A DNA stretch of 63,284 bases, counting the filler, from Licmophora abbreviata (Eukaryota): the NCBI GenBank assembly GCA_900291995.1. It is 5 parts of 5 records of this genome, joined end to end, with 100 filler letters (N's around TTAATTAATTAA, not from the genome) between each part and the next. Parts side by side here need not be neighbours in the genome. Positions count along the whole stretch, not along the records: positions 15,973 to 38,718 come from OLMU01006030.1; 4 more parts are not named here. One strand, given 5' to 3'. Below, in pieces: positions 26,329 to 38,478 of this stretch. The notes below the pieces were generated by a model. The model was not told where the DNA came from. It saw only the letters and a list, made by a program, of their open reading frames with translations, and searched no databases. Position 1 is the first letter of the stretch, and each line of letters starts with the position of its first letter. A program made the position numbers and the translations under genes.

Positions 26329-26831
26329 GATATAAGAAGTGCAAGCAGGGGATCTATTTGTAGTCATACAAAGTGCAGGGATGAGTGACAAGGCCCATCC
26401 GAAATGAACAGCCCCTCAACCCAGAACGAAAAAAATGGTATCATAGTTGGAAGGGTGATCTGAAATCTGAAATCTGCTGATTTTTTGTACCAGGTACAAG
26501 TACCGGTGCCAGGTAGGCTGCAGGGGAATCTCTCAGTCGACGGAATCTTGCGCCCATGTTCGAATGTTGAATGTGAGGTCGTGTCGTGCTCCGCCTGGTG
26601 GGGTGAGAGAGCCCGCCTGTGAATAATCTCGACCATGCCAAACTATTCCGGTGGCGGCGCACGGCTTCGATGGATCAAGTGTCCGGAGTGAGCCAACAAG
26701 ACTCGATCCTTTTCTGAGCACTGTTCGTTATCACCGACGAAGTCTTAATGACCTGGCTTAGGGTTTGTATTGGTTTCAGGGAGTGACTCGAGCTCCGAAC
26801 GGGACAAGTCTGTTAAAGGAAACAATTGAAA

Positions 26832-27881
26832 ATGAGTGGTCACGACGTGAACGAGGCGACGCTTGCGTTGAAGAGCATGTTGAATATCGGCGGCTCCGCT
26901 TCTAGTGACACTGGTACCAGTACACCACCGGCAGTCGTCGTCGAGGAACCAAAGAAGAAACAACAAAAATCAGGTGGACCCAGAAAGAAAGGAAAAAAGA
27001 AATCTAGTCAACCCCAGAAGCAGCAGTCACAGACGAAAGGACCGCCTCAGACCAACAAGGCTTCTGAAACAAAGCAAGACTCGAAGAAGAAAAAGAAGAA
27101 GAATGTCAAATCTAGTGAAGGGCCAGAAAACTTCGCGTGGTCTGCATTTCAGTCTTCCCCTGACGCTTCGGCGCTTCCGATCCCTGCGTTTGTCTCGCCG
27201 CAATCAGGCAAGACAACTGTTCCTGAACACATTCTCAATTCGGAACAGATTGTTGCTCCTCTGGATGCAGGCAACTCGCTTGGCCATAAAAAAGATGCGG
27301 AAAATCGAGCGAGCGAGGTGTTGGCCATTGAAAAGAAAGAGCCAGGGACTGTATCGTCATCGGACCCTGACGAGTCGAAAGCTTCTGAAGGAGAGGCTCG
27401 GCGACGCACCAATGGGCCGGTGGGTAGCACTGGAGTGAACTTGGCGGCATTGAGCACGCCTCCGGCACAGCGGCAGTCCTCGGTGCCTCATACGGCCCCA
27501 GGAATGCATCGGTCGATGCCACAGGGCGCTCCGCCAGGAGCTGGAGCGCCGATGTATCCACCTCCCAACCCACACTTCCACCCGCATTCACATTCACACC
27601 CGCCAGGAGTGCCTTACCCTCAAAGTGCTCCCATGGGCTATGTTACAATTCATGTCCAGGTTCCACCGACGTTACTGCCGGGGAGACAGATGGTTGTTGC
27701 ATCGCCGGCAGGGTACCATGTGCGTGTCGCAGTTCCCGAGGGTGTCGGCCCGGGGACGGTGATACCGGTCCACGTCCCAGCCCCCCCAATGATGATGGCC
27801 CAGCCTCCGACGTTGTATCAGTTCGGAGGAGGCCCTACGCCACCGCCTCAATCTGGAGGAATCCCGCCAAAGAGGCCGTAA
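26832..27881 (+). CDS. Disordered Lys/Pro-rich protein with a PNRC/Edc1-like motif (putative mRNA-decapping coactivator)
   Basis: ENFAWSAFQSSPDASALPIPAF resembles the PNRC pattern YAGxxFxxxPxxxxLPxP. N-terminal LALKSMLNI short leucine helix. Confidence 0.7.
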   Translation: MSGHDVNEATLALKSMLNIGGSASSDTGTSTPPAVVVEEPKKKQQKSGGPRKKGKKKSSQPQKQQSQTKGPPQTNKASETKQDSKKKKKKNVKSSEGPENFAWSAFQSSPDASALPIPAFVSPQSGKTTVPEHILNSEQIVAPLDAGNSLGHKKDAENRASEVLAIEKKEPGTVSSSDPDESKASEGEARRRTNGPVGSTGVNLAALSTPPAQRQSSVPHTAPGMHRSMPQGAPPGAGAPMYPPPNPHFHPHSHSHPPGVPYPQSAPMGYVTIHVQVPPTLLPGRQMVVASPAGYHVRVAVPEGVGPGTVIPVHVPAPPMMMAQPPTLYQFGGGPTPPPQSGGIPPKRP

Positions 27882-28362
27882 TGCGTCCAAACTGCGTCTC
27901 GGAAGGAATCCCTCTTCAGCCGCGGTAGTCTACGCGTCAAACTGCGACGTGGATCCTCTACCAGAGTACCATTCATACAGGCGATTTCGTCGATAGTGAA
28001 TCGTTATTATGGTGATCATCGTGTGTAGTGGTAGTCTATTAGTATTGGAAGGTGGCCGCCGGAACCCAGGACCTATGATAGCAGGTAGGTAGGTATGTAC
28101 CTTGTGTGTTGGTGGTAAAGGTGTCTATCTACATGGTACTGACTGTCGTCTTCAAACATTCCAAATTCCTTATTTCATTGCACTAACACAATGCCATGGG
28201 CAATGGGCATCATTTTCGCATTTTCAATTTACGGTACTTTTGTACTTTTACACTGCATACGAGTAGTCTGAGGCCTGAGGCTGCCATTCTCAGGCGCAAG
28301 AATCGATAGCTGCGTCCGCATCGTCTCGTCTTTACATGCCGTGCCAACACCGGTACAGTGGA

Positions 28363-29682
28363 ATGACAAGGCTCGTGGCGCAAGTGCTTGTCGCGCTCTT
28401 GGCAATTCCGCACTGCCACAGTTTCATCTCGGCATGCGGTCACGATCAAGATGACAGTGGAGCACTTTACTGCGCTCGTGGGGACGAAAACGACAAAGAA
28501 ATCGCTCACAGGATAATGTGGAAGCAGCATTCTCGTAAGCGACAAAGTATGCAGTATCGAATCATCGCCGCAGAGGCGACTGAGCCTCTGGCCCAACGCA
28601 TGGAGGAAGCTCATCCGGATCGCTTCTCCTTTCACAAGACCATATGGGAAAAGTTCCCTGACGGCACCGACTCGATCGAAGTCGGTGGCTTCCTTCCACA
28701 GAACCTGCTTTCGGGGGAGCACGTACTCTTTCTTGCTAGCTTTCACAACAACGACGTCACTCTTAGTCAGTTTCAAGTTATGATTTGCCTGCTACAGAGT
28801 TTCATCGAGAGCTTGACTGTCGTGCTGCCGTACTACCCTGTGGGTGAGTCAATTTATCTTTCAGTGTGCATTGTGCTTCCTCTGTCTTGAGCTCACTGCT
28901 AGTTGCACTACTTGCCGATAGGAACCATGGAACGGGTCACCAAGGAGGGGACGGTAGCCACTGCTGCAACCTATGCTCACATGTTCTCCTCTCTTCCAAA
29001 CTGCGGGCGACCCACTCGACTGATGGTCTACGATCTACATACGCTCCAGAACCGATTTTACTTGGTAAGACGACTGCTTTCAGTCTTGTGCGTGTGTCGA
29101 ATGAGCTCATGGTCCGAACAAACAAGCGTCTCACGCGATAACGATCTTAACGCCGCATCATAGCATGGAAATGCAGTCGCGTCACTACAGACGGCCATTC
29201 CTCTCCTCAAGAAACGAATCCAGGACTCCAATATTGATTGTGTTGCGTTTCCAGATGATGGGGCGGCGAAACGGTTCGCGGCGTACTTTCAAGACCTGGG
29301 CTTGGAGATCATCGTTTGCGGCAAGACGCGTGGGGAAGGCGACATTCGATCCGTCGTAATTCAGGACGGCAACGCAGAAGGGCGCAACATCGTGATCGTA
29401 GATGACTTGGTGCAGACGGGTGGCACCCTGTACGAGTGTGGCAAGGTATTGAAAGAAGCCGGTGCACTGAGTGTCAACGCATTCGTCTCTCACGCCGTCT
29501 TTCCCAAAGCGAGCTGGAAAAGATTCAGCAAAGGTGGAGATCGCTCCTGTTTTGACAAATTCTGGGTGACAAACTCGATCCCCACTGTCACGAATGATCT
29601 CCCCGTCAACGATGGTATATTTGAAGTGTTAGATTTGATGGATCTCATCATTGATGATATCGATCATTTCTCGAGCGCCTAA
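28363..29682 (+). CDS. PRS: Ribose-phosphate pyrophosphokinase, class II (plant PRS3/4-like); introns 28844-28921 and 29065-29163
   Basis: WEKFPDG, LPYYPVGTMER, DLHTLQNRFY, FPDDGAAKRF, VIVDDLVQTGGT, FWVTNS. N-terminal signal with CHS-F. Confidence 0.92.
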
Positions 29683-29747
29683 TCGGGCTTTGTCAAGTTC
29701 CCGTTGCGTTAATCTAAGCTTACTAGTTACACGTATCACAAGGGTCG

Positions 29748-30635
29748 TCATGGTTTTTCCTGTTTCTTTCTTTTAGACTTCTTTTTTCGTTCTCTTGTTC
29801 TGAAAAGTTCGATCTTCGTTCCGGGCGGCGATTCGGTTGGGGGTGGCCACTGCTCGCTAGATGCCCCCTTCTTTCTCTCCGCCCGATCGGAAACATTGGG
29901 CGCGTCAACTTTACCACTTTTCTTGGATTGTTTTCGCTTCCCCTTGCTCTTGTCCTTCTTGAGCTTCGTTTCCAGGTTTGTGATCACCCCTGTCGACCCA
30001 CTACTGGCCGCCGATGGAGCCGCTTCCTGGCGAGCGAGTTTGTATGCAGATTTCTTGGCTCCTCGATCTAGAGCGGTCGCACTGACCATAGTCTCCACAG
30101 CCGATTGCCTCACTGTTGATGAATTGTTTGTCAAATTCTCGGTGAAATTCGAGGCATCAGTCTCGTCGGCCGAGGATGCACGCTTCAGTCGCGTGGCCTC
30201 CTTTTTGGCTAGTTTCTTTTCTTCCAGTTTTGCTTTTCGTTTCATTTGGAGCTTTGATGCCTTTCTTTCGGCCTTTTTGTGCTCTTTACGCAGCCGCTTT
30301 CTCTCCCTCTGCGCTTCACGGCCACTGGAGCTGGTTCTGGTTCTGGAGCGGCTCGAGTTGTCCTCGCTGACGGGTGTCCCAGCAATATCGTCAAAGTTCC
30401 GCTTGATGGCCCGCCCGTCGCCGTCATAGTTCTTCTTGGACGAATCGTAATTTCCCTCTTTGAGAAAGTTGGAGTACAAAGCGTTGTTGGGAAGCCCATC
30501 GTTGCGAACTACATTGCCGTCGTCGTCCGTCGTCGTAGCGGCAGCCCAGGAATACTGCGATGCCGTGCCCAAGCCCGCCGATCTCCGTAGTTTTGACAGC
30601 GTGTCGTGCAGACGTTGCAATTTTTCCTCTTCCAT
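29748..30635 (-). CDS. Lys-rich hypothetical (likely nuclear/nucleolar) protein
   Basis: Continuous ORF with an ordered N-terminus (GTASQYSWAAA...NNALYSNFLKEG) and basic low-complexity tail. Confidence 0.7.
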   Translation of the reverse strand: MEEEKLQRLHDTLSKLRRSAGLGTASQYSWAAATTTDDDGNVVRNDGLPNNALYSNFLKEGNYDSSKKNYDGDGRAIKRNFDDIAGTPVSEDNSSRSRTRTSSSGREAQRERKRLRKEHKKAERKASKLQMKRKAKLEEKKLAKKEATRLKRASSADETDASNFTENLTNNSSTVRQSAVETMVSATALDRGAKKSAYKLARQEAAPSAASSGSTGVITNLETKLKKDKSKGKRKQSKKSGKVDAPNVSDRAERKKGASSEQWPPPTESPPGTKIELFRTRERKKKSKRKKQEKP

Positions 30636-31246
30636 TGTGTGGGTGTCAGTCTGCTGGGAAGGCAAGGGGGGATAGGGTTGGACGGCCACAAGAATCTCTC
30701 GCCGCCCGGCTGTGCTGTCGTCGGTACTGACTGTGATGGTGGGTTGTGAAAGGTGAATGGTGAAAGGATGAGAAAGCGTTCAAAGTCAAAGGGGGAAATT
30801 GAGAAATTGGTGGCTCTCGTGACCCTGAATGAACCCGTCGCGCGAAGCTTATCATGGGTCGCGCATAGCAGTAAAGTCATCGTGGCAGGTGGCAGCCGCA
30901 CGCCGCACAATATAAGGCAAGGTGAGACGACCATGGCGGCCCGGCGTCTGTTTTGGAAGTCTGAGTTTGTGGCTCAAGCATCGATTGCTTTCGAGTACAT
31001 CGTGACTGTACGGGAGACGCACGGGAAAAGTATACAGCGAAAACTAGACCAGATTAAGGAGAAACATCGATGGATACCTTGATGACACGTGTCGCCACTG
31101 CACAGCGATGCATGCAATGCAATCAGTCATTCCACTGACGACGTCGACGCGAATGCTGAGGCTCGATCGTCATTGTCGTCTTGCCTCACACAGCTTCCTC
31201 CGCCTTCCCTGTCTTTTTACCTCACAGATAATACGCTCACGCAACC

Positions 31247-31465
31247 ATGGCCGACAAGGAGGGATTCAACGAAGTGCTCATCGAGCCACTCAAACAGTTT
31301 GTCAAGGATTCTGTTCACCTTGTCAAGAAGTGCACTAAGCCTGACCGAAAGGAGTTCACCGTCATTGCCAAGGCTACCGGGGTCGGATTCCTGATCATGG
31401 GATTCATTGGTTTCTTTGTCAAGCTCGTTCACATTCCCATCAACAACATTCTTGTAGGAGGTTAA
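31247..31465 (+). CDS. SEC61G: Protein transport protein Sec61 gamma
   Basis: [11 protein letters not shown]...[25 protein letters not shown]. Confidence 0.98.
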   Translation: MADKEGFNEVLIEPLKQFVKDSVHLVKKCTKPDRKEFTVIAKATGVGFLIMGFIGFFVKLVHIPINNILVGG

Positions 31466-31556
31466 AGCAATAATTCGAGGCAATGGGCGCGAACGTACTG
31501 TAGCGAACACTTCTATCGTACAGAGATGACGAGCCGGACTACCTGGTTACGTTGAC

Positions 31557-33136
31557 TCAGTCATTATCACTATCGCACAGCGTAACTACCACTGTCCCCA
31601 CATTAGGCACGTGCTGACGGAGTTTGACGCCCGCCATGTTGAACAGGATGCGACTTGCTCGGAAGGGTTCGTCGTCGTGATAGCGATCGCTCAAGTAGAC
31701 CACTTCTCGGATGCCGGACTGAATGATCACCTTCGCGCACTCGTTGCAAGGAAAGAGCGCAACGTAGAGAGTCGCGTCCTTCACATCCGCGCTGCATTTG
31801 TTCAGGATAGCATTCACTTCAGCATGACACACGTAGGCGTACTTTTTGTGGAGAAAGGCGTGCTTTCCTGGTGTGCCAGGATTCGGTTTGCGTGACCACG
31901 GAAGATGATCATCACTGCAGCCGCGAGGAAAGCCGTTGTAGCCAAGACCAATTATGCACTTCAGAATACCGGCAGCAGGATTCAAGATAAGAAACTTTCT
32001 TCACAATTCCGAAACCGCGATTTCCGTGATCGTTTGGGCTTACCTTGTTCTTGTCGACAATACAAGCCCCCACCTGTGTGTTCGGGTCCTTGCTTCGTTT
32101 GGCAGTCAGAAAAGCTACAGCCATGAAGTAGTCATCCCAGGTAAGGTAGTTCGCTCGCTTGGTACTTGGAGTTGTCGTCGGGTCCAAATTGGCTTCCTCG
32201 AGAAGCAGACTTCGGTACTGGAGCGGATCATATGTAGCAGCCGGTTTGTCGCAACTGGGAATATCGATGGGAGTATCCATCTCGGCGGTCAGGTTCAAAG
32301 GAATCGAGCAGATACCAGGTGTAAATCGACGCGTCGCTACCCCCGCCATGGCGAGCATGATTCGGCTCGCACGATACGTCTCTTTGTCCGCGTCCTTGTC
32401 ATGGAGATACACAACTTCTCGAATGCGTGACTGAATGATGACTTTGGTGCATTCGTTGCCTAGACAAAAGTCATTGAAAGGCACATTGTGGGTGAGTCTT
32501 CGCTTTTGTTGCAGAAAGGATGTCGTGATCACTTCATGTCCCACAGTTCATAAGATGCTTACATGGGAACTGAGCCACGTATAGACGAGCGCCGACAACG
32601 TCAGCACTACATTTGTTTAGGATTGCATTGACTTCGGCGTGGCATTCGTACGGAGTAGACGTGTGCAACCAAGCAGTCTCATTTCCACGAGAAGGCACCC
32701 ACGGAAGGGCGTCATCGCTGCAGGAGCGGGGGAATCCATTGTAGCCAATGCCAATCACGCGATTCTCTTCATTGACAATGCAGGCCCCAGTTGGAGTCTT
32801 TGGATCCTTGGAACGCTGGGCACTGAGACGTGCGATTGCCATGAAGTAGTCGTCCCACGAAAGGTATTCGCTTCGTTTGGGCGTAAGATTGTCCGCTTTG
32901 CAATCGTACGCTGCTTCGTGCTTCAGGAGACTCTGAATTTGATCGTCGGACAAGGGTGGGCAGCCATTGTCGACGTTCGAAATTTCCGATGACGCTGGCG
33001 TGACGGACGTGGCCATTGTTCCACCCTTGACAAGAGAGGACGCACACCCATCGACTCGGATGCGTTTCGCCGGTGTCTCCAGCGGCGGCGCTGCTGGTCT
33101 CGATTCGGACTCAAACTCGATTCCACCGGTCGTCAT
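31557..33136 (-). CDS. DCTD: dCMP deaminase with two tandem deaminase domains; introns 32460-32562 and 31959-32043
   Basis: Both halves carry [29 protein letters not shown] and FPCNEC. Splicing keeps a single frame. Confidence 0.93.
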
Positions 33137-33549
33137 CGCCACCAATGCTACTAGTAGACCTACGAGCGCTGACGAAATTGGTTTTGGCAAGTCAGTGCAG
33201 CGAATCTTGAATGTTGGTCTTCTTCGGGTACTGGACGTATCCAGTCCTATCTTTGTCTGTCTATTCGGGCGTACTCGTCGCAATATAATACCAATGAAGC
33301 GCAAAGATGTGAGGAAGGTAGTTTATAGTTTATGGTCTGTAGTCGCGTTGCTGCGCTATCTTGTTCCCAAACCAACGGGTAAGAGGCCTAAAATCTAAAA
33401 TCTACATGGCGAGTGTTCGCTGATGTGCGATAAAAATAGAGCGCGCTGACAGCTACGAGTACCTATGGTATGATACCGCGGTACCTGGTATGAATCTGGT
33501 ACGATACGATATGATACCGAAATTCGTGGACGAGCAATACATCTGTAGC

Positions 33550-34775
33550 TTACTGTGCTGGCGGCTTCCAGTCGTCGTTCTCGTCATCGAAATCATCCCA
33601 GTGAAAGTCAACCATTTCCTCCGGGTCGAAAAATGGCACTTCTACGCGCTCTGCTTCCCTAAATTCTCGATCTAGCGAGGGAAACGCGGCTTCTTCCAAG
33701 TTCTCCTGTGCTATTGGTTCTGACACTGCATGGGTTGAGGTGAGTTCTTGCATTTCAAGGGGAGCTTCGCCATCCATCTTTGAGTCTGGACCAACTGGTA
33801 TATCGCCGGTGAATCCCCACTGATACGAGTACAGCCGCAATCCAAGGATGACTTCAACCCACTCCGGTGTCCATCGTGGCATGGCATATCCGCACGTAAC
33901 AACCCGCACTTTGCGAGTCTGCAAACACTTCTCCAGTTGTGGTCTGATTCGCTGTAACGCTTCATCGGTAAAGTACATAGTAATGACAGTCGCGTGTTTG
34001 ACTGCATTCCATGCTTCCGAGTCCAACTCGAGCAAGTCGGCCTCTAGAAATTCCATGTCAGGTCGAGGGTGAATACGGTTCAGCCTGTCCCGAGCCGTCG
34101 CAAGTAGTTTGGCATCGATATCAATACCGATGGATCTGCGTGGACGCGTGCGTACAGTGGGTAGTTCAATATGATAGGATAGAACTGAGAAGTTAACAGG
34201 CGTCGACCGCTGAAGATGATGAACAACTTGGATGCATGTACTGTACCAGGTACTTACTTTTTGACTCGATAGGGCTGATCAATTGCGTGAAAATTGACCC
34301 TCCCGTCTCCAGAACCAAGATCTACGTGAATCTTTGCCATGGAAAAGTAGGCCGAAGACGAGTGAGTCGAATCTATAACTAGCCCCCGTAAGCTGACAAT
34401 TTCGAGAAGTATCAGCAATATCATTCCATTTCTACTTACATCGTCCGAGCCTGCGTGCGCCAGATCTAACATTCGTCTAGCAAGCGGATCAGGCGTTGGC
34501 ACCCAGGGACTCAATGACGCCTTCTCCAGATACCCTTCAACGGTCGACTCGGCATGTTCAAACGGTTTAGCGAGTGGGGGAGAAGCTTGCTCTTCTATTT
34601 CTTGTCGAAAGCGATCCCGAAAAACCTTCTTGCGTCGATTCTTGAGACTCAACGGGGCAGTCGTTGGGTTGGAAGCTTCTGAAGAGAAATTCTTGAAACT
34701 TACGCGGCTACTGACAGTGAGAGACAAAATCAAAGAGACAGGACGACACTGACGAGCAGCGGTGGTCCTCAACAT
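33550..34775 (-). CDS. Class I SAM methyltransferase, FAM173/ATPSCKMT-like, probable mitochondrial presequence; introns 34332-34439 and 34136-34257
   Basis: SPWVPTP, DLGSGDGR, SIGIDID, VITMYF, RVVTCGYAMPRW. Arg/Ser-rich N-terminus. Confidence 0.8.
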
Positions 34776-34876
34776 GGTCGACAAGCGATCTGAAGAGTGT
34801 AGAGGCGATAATGAGTGTACCGGTAGAGTTGTTGTTGTGTTTTGAGGCCGAGAGTTTAATGAGCGAGGCTCATCGT

Positions 34877-34983
34877 GACTGATGACTGACTGACTAAATA
34901 ACTCTTGACTTGAGACTGTTGACTGACTGACTGACTCGACTGACTCGACTATTGACTCGACTCGACTCACTCGACTGACTCAC
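34877..34983. repeat. Degenerate (GACT)/(GACTC) microsatellite in a bidirectional promoter
   Basis: gactgactgactgactcgactgactcgact..., between the divergent methyltransferase and sirtuin genes. Confidence 0.85.
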
Positions 34984-35216
34984 TTCGATTCGTGCGAGGT
35001 TATTGAGTCATGAGTTGGAGCTCAACGGCAAAACCAAAAAAGTGCGCCCCTGCCATCACACTGATTGTCACCGACACACGCCGCACGCACACACTCACTG
35101 TTCACATCACAAGGCAACAGAAGACAACCCGGTGCCGTCGCTGTGGTCCGCAGTAGTGAAACCTCTTGCTTCCTAGAGGGTCAGCACGCGAAACGTCCAC
35201 TTTAGCTTACCTGGGG

Positions 35217-36776
35217 ATGAGTCAATCTTCTGAGACGATGGCCGAGGCACCCCGAAAAGGCGTACCGGTACCGGTAACTTCCGCAAAGCCCCCGTTCACG
35301 CTGTGTTCTTCCCAATCTCCCAGTTTTGAGGAGGCTTTCTCATCGATAGCGAAACTTTTAGAGGGGAGAAAGAACGTTTTGGTGCTGTCTGGGGCTGGAA
35401 TGAGTGTAAGCTGTGGAATTCCAGACTTTCGTACTGAGGGAAGCGGTCTTTACTCGAACCTAGATCTCGAGGTCAGTGACTGCCATGGACACTGCCGTAG
35501 ACAACCGACGGCTTTTCTTGAGCAGATCCTCCCTCTGAACTCCCCTTTTCTCCACCCTTATCTCCTTACAGAGCCTTGGCTTAAGTTGTCCTGAGGACTT
35601 GTTTGATTGGGATTTCTTCTTGGATAACCCGTCTCCTTTCTACAAATTCGCCCGTGCACTCTACTTTCCGCTCGGAACAGACAAACGCGTCCAGCCGAGT
35701 GATTCGCATCGATTCCTCGCCTTATTGGAACAAAAGAATATGCTCTTGCGAGTCTATACACAGAACGTGGATGGACTGGAACAAGTGGCAGGCGTGTCAG
35801 ACAAGAAAATGGTCTATGCGCATGGATCCTTGCAATGGGCGACCTGCATGAGATGTAGACATCGTGTTAGCGCGAGCGACATTGAACCATCGATACTGAA
35901 AGGATCTGTTCCAATATGTCAGCAACAGTGCATCACTAAACAATCTGCTTCACTCCGCGCCGGGTCTTCACGGAGCAAGCGCCGTCGTACAACAGCCGAA
36001 GAGATCAATCGTGATGTTTGTGGTGGGGTTTTGAAGCCAGGCGTAATTTTCTTTGGAGAGCCTTTGAATGGTAACGTAAAGCGTGCATTTGAGGCAGACC
36101 GCGATCGCGCCGATGCCCTGGTTGTAATTGGTACATCACTATCCGTGTGAGTCAACTGTAAAGGGTGCAATTGAACTCATTGTCGTCTTGCAACAACTAA
36201 TAGATTCACTGTCGATTTCGATTGCACAGTGCTCCCATGTCACATGTAATCGAGTTCGTTCCATCGCATATTCCACGGATACTCATCAATCGCAATGTGG
36301 TCCATCCCCCCATTCGGCAGCCAGTGCGAGACAAGGACGGCGACGCAGAGGGTGGCGACAAAGAGTTTCGTGAAGACTACACCTTTGATGTGTACCTGCT
36401 TGGATTTTGTGATGATGTGACGAGAGCTCTGGTCAAAGAGATGACCCAGTCACGTGATACCCGCAGAACGGAAGGGGGGCGGTTGCTGGCGTGCTTGCAG
36501 GAAGGAGACGGGATGTTCGCTGTCGAGGATTGGGAGACAACTCGCCTGCCGAAGGAACGGGTATTCCTATTTCCAGGTGCCGTGTCAGGAGACAGTTCCT
36601 TTGAGTATTCCTATCGTGAAATAGCACATTGTGATGGCTGCTCGAGTCGGATCGTGGGAACAATACGAAAATGCACGCAGTGCTTTGACTATGATCTTTG
36701 CGAAACTTGCTTTCCAGAGCTCGCTGTGGCGCACTTTGATGGGACTCATATATTCTCTTCCGAATTGGCTGGTTAG
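35217..36776 (+). CDS. Class I Sir2-family NAD-dependent deacylase with a C-terminal ZZ-type zinc finger; introns 35472-35571 and 36147-36229
   Basis: [52 protein letters not shown]. Then HCDGC...[14 protein letters not shown]...H...H. Confidence 0.92.
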
Positions 36777-37194
36777 GTTAGTGTCGCACTGAAAGGAAAC
36801 ATGATGGGTGTACAATGGACTAGTTACTGTACCAGTGTGAAGCCACATAGTGTAAACGATCCAGCTGGCGAGATAACAAAACGGTACCTGGTACCTGGTA
36901 GACCTTTCAAAAGTATTGCTGTGTACTGTACCTGGTAGTCTAGCTAGCAATCCAGGAAGACTACAAGTAGACTACTTGTACATTACAATCTAACGCTGTG
37001 GCGAGGCGAAGACGAGGTCCGATCATACCGGTAGGACAGGACATCGGCCAGGCGGACGAACATAATATCGCGCACAGCCTCACAATTTGACTCGCTCACT
37101 ATTCCCGGCGGGTACCGCGGTACGTTGCAACAAAGCTTTGTATGACTTGTTGTACTTGTCGTTGAACCAGTAGCGTCCTTGATTCCCCCGAAGA

Positions 37195-38478
37195 ATGATC
37201 CGAGCAACCACAATAGCTCGCCGATGCTCTCGGTATAGCCTATGGTGCCCCCGCAGTGCCTCCGGCGTGGTTTGCGGGAACGAGAGATCAACTTCAGATT
37301 CAGCGCCGCCACGACACTCATTCGAGTCGCCAAGGATGGTCAGCCAGCCAGCCATGCTTCTTGGAGCACCTGGTGGCGCCGGATTCTCACTTTCGCGGCG
37401 AGCTTTCGGTACCAACACAAGTGGAAGTGCTGCAGAGACAGAAACCACTCCGTCGTTTGACGAAACGATGAGCAAACTCTTTCAGGACGAAACTGTGACG
37501 GAGGCCGCCGAGACCACCAGCGATGCTGCTTCTACGCTCGTAGGGGAGCCCTGGGAACCGACGTGGTACAATATGGCAGATCAAGCAGTCAATGTGATCA
37601 ACGAGGTCCATACTTTCACCGGATGGGACTATGCTTACTCGATTGTAGGCGTCACGGTTGCAATTCGCGTCATGCTTACGCCGCTCTTCATTCGGAACCA
37701 ACAAAACACTTCCCGGATGGCACACATGCAGCCGGAAATGCAAGCGCTAAAGGCAAAAATCGATAGCATGGGAACTCGGGTGGATCAGGAGACACAATTG
37801 AAATATGGAATGCAGATGCGAGCCTTGTTCAAGAAGTATAATGCGAATCCGCTTCGAGGCCTCATGTTGCCTCTTGTACAGGCGCCCTTATTTATGAGTA
37901 TGTTTTTTGGATTGCGCAAGATGCCAGAGTACTTTCCAAACGAGCTGGCAACAGGAGGTGTTCTATGGTTTCCAGACTTGACAACCTCGGATCCATTGTA
38001 TATACTTCCTATTGGGAGTGCTCTTTCATTCTTGATCATGATTGAGATTGGTAAAGATCAAATGATGGCCACGAATCCTGCTCAAGGTCGAATATTTGTC
38101 AACGTCTTTCGAGTCATGGCCCTCATGATGATTCCTGTTGCAACGCAATTCCCTTCGGCGATCCTGTGCTACTGGATGACCAACAACCTAATCAGTTTGG
38201 GGCAGAGTGCGGCTTTTCGCAACCCCGCTGTACGTCGAAAGTTCGACGTGTGGGATCCACCCAAGCCGGTTCCAGGTGCTGCGCGATCCCAGAACATTAT
38301 GGACACAGTTAAAGAGGCTGCTGACAAAGTCCAAGGCAAGAATGTCACCGAAGCCGACAAGATCCGGGCTCACAATGAAGCGATCGAGAACAAGAAACGA
38401 GCAGCCTCTAGTGGCAGATCAGGGCGGACCAAGAGAAGAGACGCAGCTAAGAGTCGCAGGAAGGACCGTAAGCGTTAG
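37195..38478 (+). CDS. OXA1: Mitochondrial Oxa1/YidC membrane insertase
   Basis: Presequence, PLVQAPLFMSMFFGLR, GGVLWFPDLTTSDP, CYWMTNN, basic C-terminal tail. Confidence 0.92.
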   Translation: MIRATTIARRCSRYSLWCPRSASGVVCGNERSTSDSAPPRHSFESPRMVSQPAMLLGAPGGAGFSLSRRAFGTNTSGSAAETETTPSFDETMSKLFQDETVTEAAETTSDAASTLVGEPWEPTWYNMADQAVNVINEVHTFTGWDYAYSIVGVTVAIRVMLTPLFIRNQQNTSRMAHMQPEMQALKAKIDSMGTRVDQETQLKYGMQMRALFKKYNANPLRGLMLPLVQAPLFMSMFFGLRKMPEYFPNELATGGVLWFPDLTTSDPLYILPIGSALSFLIMIEIGKDQMMATNPAQGRIFVNVFRVMALMMIPVATQFPSAILCYWMTNNLISLGQSAAFRNPAVRRKFDVWDPPKPVPGAARSQNIMDTVKEAADKVQGKNVTEADKIRAHNEAIENKKRAASSGRSGRTKRRDAAKSRRKDRKR

